A stretch of DNA of 64,000 bases from Eledone cirrhosa (GCA_964016885.1 OZ024742.1:19530001-19594000), one strand, 5' to 3'. Positions 44,231-58,235 are shown, numbered from the stretch's first letter. Made by a program: numbers and translations. Notes: generated by a model from the letters alone, not told the origin.

Positions 44231-44499
44231 AGGCTGAAAGGTTCACAGGCTGACAAAGATACCCTCATGGAATGACCTTAGCTTACAGGTAAGTCTAGGA
44301 ATGTTGAGGGTACACGTGAGTGCGGAATATTCAGCCACTTAGATAGCAATTTAACGAGTAGGCTGCTCTATTGATTTAATAAACTGGAAGACCTATCATT
44401 GAAACCGACGGAGATCCAATTATTTCCATTGGAACCGTTATAGTAGATTGGTAAACTTGGTAGATTCCAGTTAAAATGCCTTGTGCTACATCCCTTTAT

Positions 44500-45100
44500 G
44501 TTCGATGCGACCACACTGTAACATTCCTGACAAAGTCTCTCCACAATTCACGATATTCTATTGCTCCTGACAACTGCTCCCTACTGACGTTCTATCGTCT
44601 GAGAGTTGATCAATGAAGGTTCAAGAAGATCTTTCTTTACTGTGTCCCCCATGTATTGGCACCCACAATAGTAACTTGTATATAACTTCCTGCTTTTTTC
44701 TCCAGCAGTTTTATGCTAACCATAAACATCTTTGAGCAATTGCAGTTGTAATCTTGAGCAAGTTTCCGTATAAACTTTCATTTGTAATAAATTGACACCA
44801 ATTTGTTTTGTACAACCCCAAGTATTTTAGTGTATGTATCATCTAGTTTCTTCTCGTGTGTTTGTGAGAGGATCCATGTACCTGATCCATACAACAACAC
44901 TGACTCAAATGATTGTGTTAGGGTCCAAGTACTTGATCCATACAACAACACTGACTCAAATGATTATGTTAGGGTCCAAGTACTTGATCCATACAACACT
45001 GACTCAAGTGTTTGTGTCAGGGGTCCATGTACCTGATCTGTACAAAACTGACTCAACAGATGTTCTGAAGAATGATATTTTGATTTATCTGCGTACGAAA
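44500..45100 (-). mobile_element. Degenerate RTE-like LINE 3' fragment with local ~57-bp tandem duplication
   Basis: Minus strand reads ESVLLYGS.TW repeatedly. Confidence 0.55.
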
Positions 45101-45624
45101 TAGTACTATGTTAATACTTGATAGTACTATGGTACTAAGGAATACTAGTATGGTACTATTGAAAACTACTGTGGTTATACGTAATAGGGATGTGGTAATA
45201 TTCAATAATACTATTTATTCTGGCTAGTAATACGGTGCTCACTATTAGACCTAAAGGAAAGTGTTAGCACTAATGATGATTATTATGTTCTCCTCATTAG
45301 TGCTAATTACAGTATGGAGTACTTAGTTACTCATCATTAATGCTAATTACAACGCACGGTAATTAAAACATAATTCAATCTCATTTATATATTATCCCAA
45401 TACCACAAACTCCACCTACACTGTCGCCACCACCACCAACACCATCACCACCAACACCATCACCACCAACTCCAACACCGCCGACGCCACCATCACCACA
45501 CACGCCAGAAATAACTTAACACTTGTCCCTGTCATCGCCATATGATGTATTGAAAAACTATAAAACTTTGTTGGTCTCTTTAGATAACAGAAAGATTTTA
45601 AAATATCGTTATTTTCTTCTTTTT

Positions 45625-46108
45625 ATTACACTTTTTCTTTTTCTTCTTCGCCCACATACTCCTGAGAGGGTCGTGGGGGAAGAGTCCTCAAACACTCCTT
45701 CCCGTGGGTCCTGTCAGAAGCAACCGTCTCCGATCCGGCTGGATCCCCAGGACGAGACCAGTCGAGCTCAAAGATGTCATCCAACCATCTTCCTTGGGGT
45801 CTACCCCTGGGTCTTTTGCCGGTTGGTTTTGACTGTAAAATCTGTCCAGTGATTCTTTCCTGAGACATTCTAACCACATGCTCTTAGAATTCGGAGAAGT
45901 AACGACTCTACCTGGAGTGACTCTCTGATATCTGAACTATACACTCTATCGAGTAACGTTATTCCAAAGACCCTCGGGAGGATCCCCATTTCGGCCGCTC
46001 GTATTCGCAAGCTTATCTTTCGGTCATTACCCAAGATTCATGACCATAGGTAAGAGTTGGCATGAATACTGAATTGAAGAGAGTGAGTTTGGTTTCTACA
46101 CCTACCTT
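45625..46108 (-). mobile_element. RTE-clade LINE 3' fragment
   Basis: TLFNSVFMPTLTYGHESWVMT..RAAEMG..GKRPRGRP..W motifs; A/GAAG tail. Confidence 0.8.
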
Positions 46109-46281
46109 TACATTTCATGTGCTGCTTGTAGTAAGTTATTGTTCAGAGAGAAAGAGAGAGAGAGTATCACAGCTACAGTAAAGAACAATAAGGCTGTGAA
46201 AGAGAGAAAGGAAGAGTGTGTGAGAAAGAGAGAGATAGGGATGGTTAAGATATTCGATTTGCAGCTACGTAATTTCAGGTT

Positions 46282-47729
46282 AATTGAGGTCTTGTTTAAG
46301 AGTTGCCACAAACTGGGTAGTTTCACATTGTCAAAAGCTTTTGTGAAATCAATGAAGGTGATGTGCACAGGGTTGTTGAATTCTATTAATTTCTCAATGA
46401 TTTGTTCAATAGCTAGGATCTGCTCAATTGTTCCTCTTCCAGGTTGATACACAGCTTTTGTTTCAGGAAATGAGGCGTAAAGATCTGACTTTACTCGTGC
46501 TGCAATGATACTCATGAAAAGCTTGTAAACTTGACTCAATAGGCTGATAGGACGATAGTTTCCACAATCAAGTCTGCTACCTTTTTTGTAGAGTACAACT
46601 ATCAATGCTTTCTTGAACATGCCTGGGCTTTTTTCCTGTAGTGATAATACAGTTAAAGAGATGTTGAAGTGCTTTGATAATTGGTTCACCTCCAGCTTTG
46701 ATGAATTCTGAGCATAAAAATACATCAACCTACTGAAAAAAATTTACACCAACTCAACAGCATATATCAAAACAGATTTGGGAACTACACGCTGTATAGA
46801 CATCTTGAAGGGAGTTAAGCAGGGGGGGGGGGGTGTACTATTAGAACTTCTTTTCTGTATAGTTACAACTGCATTTATCTACCAAACTGAAGAAGAATGC
46901 TCCTCTGGCTATCAAATAGGAGGTAAAATCCTATGAAATCTTAGCTATGAAGACATCTAGTCATCATGAGTTACTCTAGAACTGATCTGCAAGACTTTCT
47001 GAATGTACTGGCCAAACATTCGCTGGAGGCTGGCTTACACATCAACATCTCCAAAACAAAGTGTATGACAACTGATAAAAACAATGCCAATCTCGAACTC
47101 ACAATCTACAACCAGCAAATTGCTCAAGTTACGGAGTTTGTATATCTCGGTTACAAACTATCATCAAAGAACAATGGAATGGTTGCTGCGCAGTATCGCA
47201 TCGCTCTAGGTTGCGCAGCTTTCAACAAGAACAAGGAAGTACTAACATCAACACCAGTTTCCTATCATTTGAAGGCTAAGATCTTTGATACTTACATCCT
47301 ACCAGTTGTGTTATTTGGTCTTGACTGCTAATTGGACGACAAGGTCACTTCAGAAGCTCTCTACATTCCAGAACCACATTTTGAGACTTATGACTGGCAA
47401 GCGACTCAACGATCGTATCTGTATCAGTGAGCTGCTCAACATTACCAAACTTAGACCAATTACATCAATTGTCAAGTCAAGAGTACTCAAACTATACGGT
47501 CATATAAAAAGATCAACTCGTGGTGTGAGTAAGTTATGCCTGGGCGGTAGGTTGGCTGGTAAGAGAAGCAGGGGCCGGCAGCCAAAACGATTGGCTTGGC
47601 AATGTCAACTTATGGACTGGACTTGATCTTTGCTCTTTAAACTCTGCTGCTGGTGATTGAACTTTGTGGAGAAAAATATCTCATGTTGATGCGCAGTCTG
47701 CAACCGGCGGAGTTTAGCGTGACAAGAAG
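46282..47729 (+). mobile_element. RTE-like LINE with an inverted 5' segment (46282-46713 on -), frameshifted
   Basis: Minus part KKG..NYRPISLL..FIDFTKAFD..TSIN continues on plus as KKYINLLK..KGVKQG..FVYLG..GKRSRGR; TSD AATTTCAGGTT at 46271-46281 and 47730-47740. Confidence 0.9.
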
Positions 47730-47825
47730 AATTTCAGGTTCAATACCACTATATAAGACGTTAGCCAAGAGACTTCTTCTATAACCTCAAATGAAATTTG
47801 CTTGACGGAAACTATGCGAAAGCCC

Positions 47826-48462
<637 letters not shown>

Positions 48463-48649
48463 GTAGATAAATCTACCAAGAGTTTACGGTAGTGTCCAAT
48501 CCGTATGAAGAACTCAATGTATTCCGGATATCATGGAAAGAAGAGATGTAATGAAAATCACTTTCGGTGAAAGATAAACGGTATACAGAGTCAAGATAAA
48601 ATATTAAACAAATAATGAATAAACAATTCCTTATATTAAACAAAAAAAG

Positions 48650-48804
48650 TTCATTATTTAACGATCGTTTCTAGGGTATATATGTGTTATAATTGGTATG
48701 CATATTCAACAGATCTATGTACAAAATTATACAAAATTATACAAATTATCAAGATTAAATATACATACCTAACACATATATACGCCGTCTTCAGAAATAA
48801 TGAA
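48650..48804 (-). ncRNA. Type I hammerhead ribozyme, 116-nt stem II region
   Basis: Mirror copy of 50322-50476. Confidence 0.8.
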
Positions 48805-50321
48805 GTATATTTATTGATAATAACAACAATTCAAAATATCAGTTCAAAATTGACCAATGAAAACACAAAGGGTTAAAAGCAGTTCGGTGTGTGTATATAC
48901 ATGTAAAATCCTTACACATATTTTACAAAAATGTGTGTATAATTTGTATACGCATACTAAAAAGATGGATGCAAACACAAAATTTCAAGGTTAATATCTC
49001 TGTAAGCTTAATGCGCTGATAAGATGCGCATTGATACTTATGGAGTCAAGCATATAAATATATTTTTTCATACTCACACATATCAGTATAATCACACATA
49101 CATGCGCGTATATGCATAAATATACACATAACCACGAACATACAAACACACACACTCTCCCACTCACATTTATATATGTGGATATAAAATCATAAGCACA
49201 TAGAAATTAAGTCACTCACATAAAACACTGGCACACACATTTCAAGATCAAGATACAGAAATTAGGTGGGAGGGGGGGGAGGGGTCAGTATTCAATTGTC
49301 TGAGCAGACTGCCTAATATAAATGTATCTATAAATTAAGAAAAATAAAAAAATAAAACAATAAAATATAATAAATATAATATAATATACATACACATACA
49401 GATATATATACACATACATACATGTACGCGCACATAGAGATATTTACGCATACACACATACACACATACATATACAGTCATACACACACATACACTTACA
49501 CGAACATACACATACATATATAAAAAGATATATATATACACACACACACACGCGCAACACATATGTGTTGCGCGTGTGTGTGTGTGTATATATATATCTT
49601 TTTATATATGTATGTGTATGTTCGTGTAAGTGTATGTGTGTGTATGACTGTATATGTATGTGTGTATGTGTGTATGCGTAAATATCTCTATGTGCGCGTA
49701 CATGTATGTATGTGTATATATATCTGTATGTGTATGTATATTATATTATATTTATTATATTTTATTGTTTTATTTTTTTATTTTTCTTAATTTATAGATA
49801 CATTTATATTAGGCAGTCTGCTCAGACAATTGAATACTGACCCCTCCCCCCCCCTCCCACCTAATTTCTGTATCTTGATCTTGAAATGTGTGTGCCAGTG
49901 TTTTATGTGAGTGACTTAATTTCTATGTGCTTATGATTTTATATCCACATATATAAATGTGAGTGGGAGAGTGTGTGTGTTTGTATGTTCGTGGTTATGT
50001 GTATATTTATGCATATACGCGCATGTATGTGTGATTATACTGATATGTGTGAGTATGAAAAAATATATTTATATGCTTGACTCCATAAGTATCAATGCGC
50101 ATCTTATCAGCGCATTAAGCTTACAGAGATATTAACCTTGAAATTTTGTGTTTGCATCCATCTTTTTAGTATGCGTATACAAATTATACACACATTTTTG
50201 TAAAATATGTGTAAGGATTTTACATGTATATACACACACCGAACTGCTTTTAACCCTTTGTGTTTTCATTGGTCAATTTTGAACTGATATTTTGAATTGT
50301 TGTTATTATCAATAAATATAC

Positions 50322-50476
50322 TTCATTATTTCTGAAGACGGCGTATATATGTGTTAGGTATGTATATTTAATCTTGATAATTTGTATAATTTTGTATAAT
50401 TTTGTACATAGATCTGTTGAATATGCATACCAATTATAACACATATATACCCTAGAAACGATCGTTAAATAATGAA
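50322..50476 (+). ncRNA. Type I hammerhead ribozyme, 116-nt stem II region
   Basis: UUCAUUAUUU-CUGAAGA-[116 nt; GUAUAUAUGUGUUA pairs with UAACACAUAUAUAC]-GAAA-CGAUCG-UU-AAAUAAUGAA; 10-bp stem I. Confidence 0.8.
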
Positions 50477-50530
50477 CTTTTTTTGTTTAATATAAGGAAT
50501 TGTTTATTCATTATTTGTTTAATATTTTAT

Positions 50531-51380
<850 letters not shown>

Positions 51381-51799
51381 GTAGATAAATCTACCAAAAT
51401 ATACGGTAGTGTCCAATCCGTATGAAGAACTCAATGTAATCCAAATATCATGAAAAGAGAAGATGCATTCAAAAATTTTCGATGAAAATCACAGGAAAAA
51501 AGAATCAAGATAAATTAATAAATACAATGAATAAAAACAAAGAACATATTCCTTATATTAAAAAAATCATCATTTTACGATCGTTTCTAGGATATATATG
51601 TGTGTTGGTATGTATATCATATAGATCTATGTAAAAATTTTACAAACTATCAGAGGCAATATACATACCTTCACATATATATGGTGTCTTCAGAAATAAT
51701 AATAAATTATACATACCAACACGCATATATATCCTAGAAACGATCGTAAAATGATGAATTTTTTAATATAAGGAACTTGTTCTTTGTTTTTATTCATTG

Positions 51800-51800
<1 letters not shown>
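51381..51800 (-). mobile_element. Family Z fold-back element, diverged paralogue of 48463-50530
   Basis: Shares terminus GTAGATAAATCTACCAA..TACGGTAGTGTCCAATCCGTATGAAGAACTCAATGTA; 51708-51799 is an inverted copy of ~51526-51616. Confidence 0.85.
51567..51702 (-). ncRNA. Type I hammerhead ribozyme, 99-nt stem II region
   Basis: UUAUUAUUU-CUGAAGA-[99 nt]-GAAA-CGAUCG-UA-AAAUGAUGA. Confidence 0.8.
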
Positions 51801-51848
<48 letters not shown>

Positions 51849-53094
51849 GTGGGAGTGGGGTGTCTGTGCGTTCTCTGTTTTCTATGTCCCGTATTCTAGC
51901 GGTTTGACAAATAGTGATCGATAAAATAAGTGCCAGACTTGAAAACAAAATGAGTTCTGAACACGATATGATCGATTATATCCCTTGGAGATCATGCCCC
52001 AACATGGGCCTAGTCTAATTACTGAAATCAAGTAAAAGAAGGAAAGAATAAGGGAATACATAGTGAGAGAATCGCTATCACATCACTTAGAGTTTAAAGG
52101 TCTGTTTGTTGTTTTAGAAGGTGAAATACAAGGAGGTAGAGGTGGTGGTGGTGGTGGATGTTGTGGAGGTGGTGGTGGTATTGGAGGTAGTGGTGGTGGT
52201 GTAGGTAGAGGTAGTGGTGGTGGTGGTTGTGGTGGCATAGAAACTAGTTATTCATCTAATGTTTCATCCGTCTAGGTTTAATACAATATCAGAGGCTAAC
52301 TGGGAGTTGGTGGTTAAAATTAGTTGAAAAGATGAAAGGTTTCTCCAGTTGTTTAACAAATGGTGTGGAATATCTTCATTTATTTTAATTACTTCGCGGC
52401 AATTTCATTTGATCAAATAAAAAAGCAGTGGTTTACAAAACAAGAGGGGCGTTTAAGTAAAGAACACCAATTAATTATCTTGCAAACTTGCTAATTATTC
52501 GCTACCTAATTAATAAAAAAAGCATAAAACATAAGGAATACGTTTGAACTAAGTAATTCTTCCTTCAACACATATAAAGGAAGTGTGAATCATAACGGAG
52601 TACTTTTTAACTATTTCTATAATTTCTTCCATCAATGCATGACAGAGAGAGAATTAAAGACTGTTTCCTTTCTTAAACCATAAAATATTGACAATTCTCC
52701 ATTCTTTGAAAATATTTATTATTACTCACCAAAATAATTCTTCAAAACATAATTAGTTGCAGCGGATGTGGCTGACTTCTCATTGCATTGCTATCGCCAT
52801 CTTGTCCGCGGGGCACATTGTGATATACTGCCTAGCTAAGGGTGCAGAGATTGCTCTGTGATATGGAAGGGCTGATGCAGTGGATGGCACTGGCTATTGC
52901 CCAAGGCAATGCTATCGCCATCTTGTTAACGGGGCACAGCTAGCTAAGGGTATAGAATTTGCCCGCTCCTCTCCTTTTGTTTTAATTATTTAATATTTTC
53001 TCTTGGTCCCCGGGATTTGTGGAAGGGGAAATTGTCCTGGTAGAGGTGTTATTGATAACTGAACAATTCTGGTCTCTTGGGGGTACTAGTTCAG

Positions 53095-53360
53095 TCTTCT
53101 TCCTTGAGTATAAGGTAGGTGTTAGTTGGTGGAACGGTGGGGGAGTGGTCCCTCCTTCTTCCTTGAGTATATAGTAGGTGCTAATTGGTGGAAGAGTAGG
53201 AGATTGGTCCCTTCTTCCTTGAGTATAAGGTAGGTGTTAGTTAGTGGAAGGGTAGAGGAGTAGTCCCTTCTTACTTGAGTATAAGGTTAGTTGGTGGCAG
53301 GGTAGGGGAGTGGTCCCTCCTTTTACCTTGAGTATAAAGGAGGTGTTAGTTGGTGGCAGG
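53095..53360. repeat. ~55-bp tandem repeat, ~5 copies
   Basis: CTTGAGTATAAGGTAGGTGTTAGTTGGTGG recurs. Confidence 0.85.
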
Positions 53361-53520
53361 GGTGCCACTAGATTACTCATTCTTATTTCATGTCCAATGT
53401 TCCAACATTCAGGTTCTCTATATTTACAGTTTAATTTCCTGTTTGTTTAGCCTCCCAACATCGCATTGGTTCTCCCTCATTTCTCTCTTGATGGATGCAT
53501 GTGTGTGCGCGTCTATATAT

Positions 53521-53594
<74 letters not shown>

Positions 53595-53611
53595 GCTGGA
53601 TATATGGAGAG

Positions 53612-53644
<33 letters not shown>

Positions 53645-53794
53645 TGGACGTATATATGTGTATATGGACATACATAGGTATATCATGTATTTAGGTATGG
53701 GTATAAGTATCTAAGTACACACGCACGTGTGTGTGTCTGTCTGTATGTGTGTGTTCTAGTTTTATTATTTTATAAAGGGTTTTATTTTCAGGGT

Positions 53795-53980
53795 GGTGGA
53801 TTGGCAGTATCGGTAGAGGGTCGGACGCCATGCTTTGCAGCATAGAGTTACGGCCCTTGCCATTCTGAGTTCAAATCCCGCCGAGGTTAACTTTGCCTTT
53901 CATCCTTATGGGGTCGATAAAATAAAGTATCAGTAATACACTGGGTAATTGCTGGCCTTGTGCCAAAAGTAGAAACAATT
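53795..53980 (+). mobile_element. SINE family A, full length
   Basis: Complete head, body and tail. Confidence 0.85.
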
Positions 53981-54058
53981 ATTTTATAAATTTTCGCCAA
54001 TAGAGCGAAAGAGCCGGTTTCTAACATAGAAACAAGACTCTTTCATTGTAATTTAGAC

Positions 54059-54397
54059 CAGGTTCTCTCACCCTGGTCCATGTGGACCACTAGTGGTCCA
54101 CAGGAAAATTCAGGTGGTTCACAGAAAATTTTCAATAGCAAATTTTTTTTTGCTCCATGCATTTGACTTAAAGCGCTGTTCTTATTCTTCGCATAAGTAC
54201 GACTTCAACTGTTTATTTGCGTAGATTTTTAGGCACTGCGACATGATAATAGCATTTTCTAATTCATTAAAAAAAAACATCTACTGATGCTTATAAGTAG
54301 TAGTTCTATTACAAAAGATTTAAAAGTTTAGGTGGTCCACAGGAAACAAATTACTTATTTTGGTGGTCCACAGCGAAAAAAAGGTTGAGAACCCCTG
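54059..54397. mobile_element. hAT (Charlie-like) MITE
   Basis: Imperfect TIRs CAGGTTCTCTCACCCT / AGGTTGAGAACCCCTG; perfect 8-bp TSD ATTTAGAC. Confidence 0.85.
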
Positions 54398-54696
54398 ATT
54401 TAGACAGCATCAACTCGGTAAATACGTATGTCTGCATGTAATTTTGTGTATATGAGCAGGTATGGGTGTTATTTTGTGTGGAAGTGTATGTTTTGAATTA
54501 CATGTGCACACGTGTATATGTTTTTGTATCTGTACATGTGTACATTGCAGCTATTACATGCTGAATTTCTGAAATATTTTACATATTTTTACCTGTTCCA
54601 TTAAAGAATTGTACTTGTAATTTCCTAACAAGCCGTGTTCTTTCTGGTTCTGTAAAGCCTAGTTTCTCAAGATTTGTACTTTTCTTGTCATCACAG

Positions 54697-54864
54697 GCGG
54701 CTCGCCTTACTGAGGCGTCAAGTGATGCCTGTGAGGGTGCCTGGTTGTTTCAGTGCCTTAGCCTCACCATCACCCGTGCTAATGTTGCGATCATGTTGGC
54801 TTGCCTCAGTGTTCCGTTGACTCTTATGATGTGCAGCCGATTGTCGCACTTGGTGGTGAATTGA
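54697..54864 (+). pseudogene. Probable C-terminal fragment of a CRE-type (restriction-like endonuclease) non-LTR element
   Basis: Translates to AARLTEASSDACEGAWLFQCLSLTITRANVAIML, resembling the recalled xxLFQRLSxAIxRGNA terminal motif. Confidence 0.5.
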
Positions 54865-55594
54865 TGGTCGTTTTTTTTAATCTTATATATTTGTGTATTG
54901 ACTATATTATTCGTGTCTATTTTCATTCTATAAGAATTATAAATAATTTGTAATGTTATTTATACAACAATAAAGGATTGGTTTGCTAAAAAAGTTGATA
55001 ATATATTCAAGAGCCCCAATTACCATAGGTACAAATCTAAAGGAATCTATGTTGACAAAAATAGGGGTTCTTTAATCTTACTTATTTCTGAGTATGGAAC
55101 CTGTGTTGATTTCTAGAAATATCATCAGTCCGAGTTTCAAATCTGTGTGAAACCAAGTCCTCATCTATTCCTGCTCTAAAATATCAAACAAATATTTTTC
55201 GTATCATATTCTACCGCAACAACTTGGATATTTAATCCCCTACCGTCACAAAAATACACCCCTTTTCCACATCAAGTGTTGCACTGAGATTGTCATGGTC
55301 ATAAGCAGTACTGGACTTACCTATAAACTAAATAAGCTCTAGCTTAGGGTCACACACCCTCGGGGGCCTCATGTTTTAAAATATTTTTATTTTATCATTT
55401 ATCATTAGTTTTTATTCTTTAACACTAAATCATAAACAATTACACACACACACACACATACACACACACACATTTATGAGTAAATTTTACTCATTTACTA
55501 GATGTATTTTAGGATCAGGCACAGCCAATATGTAGTAAATATATATATATATATATAATATAAGATCAAAAGATGGTTAAAGGAGTTCCATGTA

Positions 55595-55661
55595 TTTTAT
55601 TATGCGCATTTCAAAAACAAACATCATCATGCAATAATATTTGTCTTTTCATCAGATAAAA
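55595..55661 (-). ncRNA. Type I minimal hammerhead ribozyme
   Basis: UUUUAU-CUGAUGA-AAAGACAAAUAU..AUGUUUGUUUUU-GAAA-UGCGCA-UA-AUAAAA. Confidence 0.85.
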
Positions 55662-55897
55662 CAGGAGAACATGATATGAAGGCTAAAAAACACTTGTGGA
55701 TAGTGCAGTTTTAAATCAACATATCAACATATCATTGCATGATGATGTTTGTTTTTGAAATGCGCATAATAAAATACATGGAACTCCTTTAACCATCTTT
55801 TGATCTTATATTATGCATACTCCAGTCCTACAAACTGTAGAGTGCTTCTTATCCGATATCTGCATTGCTTTATTGTACTACAATAAAACTCACCTCC

Positions 55898-55963
<66 letters not shown>

Positions 55964-56006
55964 GACGAAACATAAGTCAATTGCATGAACTCATAATCCT
56001 TTATTT

Positions 56007-56062
56007 ACTGCTATATATATTTCGATGATAGCCATTGAATGGCTATGACCTCATCAGGCAGT
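56007..56062 (-). ncRNA. Type I minimal hammerhead ribozyme
   Basis: ACUGC-CUGAUGA-GGUCAUAGCCAU-UCA-AUGGCUAUCAUC-GAAA-UAUAUA-UA-GCAGU. Confidence 0.88.
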
Positions 56063-56934
56063 TAGTCAGTTCTTAGATATGCCAGCTCTGTGTTTATAGT
56101 GTTGATGGTATCAGAGCCTTGGGACATATATATATATATTATTTATACTTTATCATTACCATTAATAAAAAAAAATCTAAATTTTTTGAGAAGGGCCCCA
56201 AATATTATATAGTTTAGGGTCTCAGCAGGGGAAAACCAGCCTTTGTCGTAGGTCTATCTTCTGTAACAGGGTTTGATCTGGGGCTAAATAACCTAAGCAA
56301 GCCGTATGTTTTTATCCCCACTGTCTCAAAAATACGTCTTTTTCCACATCTCCATGTGTTTCCAATTCTACTTCCACTTGATGATAAATACAGATTTATC
56401 ATTTTCAAGAGAACCTGGCTCTCCCTTCTGGTATAAAACCAAGTAGATATTCTTGTCAAACTTTATAAAACCCATGTTTTATGTCTGTTTAGTCTTATCA
56501 TATTTTCTCTCCTCAAACACAGTTATCTTATATAAGCTACCTAATCTAAAATATTCAGTTTAATTGACAATGGCGTCTTGTACAAGGTTTCTTTTCCCTG
56601 TTAATTTCTCCTGGTCCTATCTGTTCCACCCCTTAACTGTGGTACTTAACTGAACAGTTCTCTAAAATTATAAACGTCATCAGAATCTGAAAGTTAAGAT
56701 TTATTTTCAAAATAACACTTGATAACAGTTCCTTAATGGAATTATAGTACATTTCAATACAGTAATATCCCTCATTTCATGCGATTTCTGATAAGAAACC
56801 TCCATATCACTGGAGATATAACCACGGCCCTTGTAACCTTCAGTAGCAACAGCAGAACAGCTTGAAAACGATTATTTTGGTTTGTCTTTTTGTTTCCAGG
56901 TCTTATTATGAATTGGCAATATAGGGAGGTGGAT

Positions 56935-57050
56935 TGGTGGATTGGCAGAATCGGTGGAGCATCGAACATGTTTTATGGCATAGTTACCGCCCTTTACGTT
57001 CTGAGTTCAAATCCCGCCGAGGTTAACTTTGCCTTTCATCCTTACGGGAA
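56935..57050 (+). mobile_element. SINE family A, 3'-truncated
   Basis: Head, B-box and start of body. Confidence 0.8.
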
Positions 57051-57105
57051 TGATGAAATGAAATAATAATAACTAGGCACAACAACATTTGTCAAATACA
57101 GCGAT

Positions 57106-57144
<39 letters not shown>

Positions 57145-57238
57145 TATAGAGAAAAATACTGCAGGTAGCACATGGATAACATGTAATAAAATAAGTCCCT
57201 CATCAGTGATTTGCCGAAGATCATAGATATTTCATTGC

Positions 57239-57269
<31 letters not shown>

Positions 57270-57326
57270 CGTGCGCGTGCGCGCGCGTGTGTGTGTGTAC
57301 ACAAGTGAGGGTCAGAGAGAGAGAGT

Positions 57327-57475
57327 CCCGGTTTCAATAAGGGGTAACAACAGTAAGTAAGGTACTCAATACATTAGTAGAGTGTAAACAACCAGTTTAA
57401 TATAGAAATTACTTCTACAGGACTAGAACTGTTTCCTTCGAAAGGAATCATCAGGATAGCTTCCTGGTGAATTCT
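57327..57475 (-). mobile_element. Family Y element with a hammerhead-like core (~57417-57460)
   Basis: CUGAUGA-UUCCUUUCGAAG-GAAA-CAGUUC-UA; stems are weak; a similar core lies at ~40444-40490. Confidence 0.6.
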
Positions 57476-57515
57476 ATATATATATTATATATAGAATTAG
57501 CTTCTACAGGACTAG

Positions 57516-57556
<41 letters not shown>

Positions 57557-57688
57557 GTAAGAGTTCTATTTAAATTGTTGGGATACAACAAGCAAATGTT
57601 TTTATAACTGATATAAAGCACTCAACAAATATTTGGAGTAAACATACGATATTAACAAATGGAAACTATATTTATAAAACCATATTTA

Positions 57689-57749
57689 TTTCATTATACA
57701 TATTTCAAGGGCACCAAGTTAAATTATGGTGTGCTTTCATCAGATAAAA
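57689..57749 (-). ncRNA. Type I minimal hammerhead ribozyme
   Basis: UUUUAU-CUGAUGA-[30 nt, CACCA/UGGUG]-GAAA-UAUGUA-UA-AUGAAA. Confidence 0.8.
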
Positions 57750-57833
57750 TATAATATAGATCAGTTTTATAAATAAATATTGACATCCCCTTAAGAATGA
57801 ACCAATACTAGATTAGCGACAACTCCGGATAGT

Positions 57834-58033
57834 NNNNNNNNNNNNNNNNNNNNNNNNNNNNNNNNNNNNNNNNNNNNNNNNNNNNNNNNNNNNNNNNNNN
57901 NNNNNNNNNNNNNNNNNNNNNNNNNNNNNNNNNNNNNNNNNNNNNNNNNNNNNNNNNNNNNNNNNNNNNNNNNNNNNNNNNNNNNNNNNNNNNNNNNNNN
58001 NNNNNNNNNNNNNNNNNNNNNNNNNNNNNNNNN
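57834..58033. other. Assembly gap (200 N)
   Basis: Run of N. Confidence 1.
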
Positions 58034-58091
58034 ATATATATATATACATATATATATATACATATATATATATATATGTATATATATATAC

Positions 58092-58235
<144 letters not shown>

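Larger units (their letters stand above)
48596..50530. repeat. Spacer-less palindrome, arms ~967 bp
   Basis: Centre CACAT|ATGTG at 49562/49563; mirror ORFs in the track; the only difference seen is a G8 versus C9 homopolymer. Confidence 0.97.
55306..56244 (+). mobile_element. MITE family M hosting two hammerhead elements
   Basis: Termini match family M; flanks GTCATAAG / GTCGTAGG. Confidence 0.7.

Noticed and set aside
48682-50444. Duplicated small genes (64 aa and 75 aa)
   Set aside because: Mirror products of the palindrome with no coding signature.
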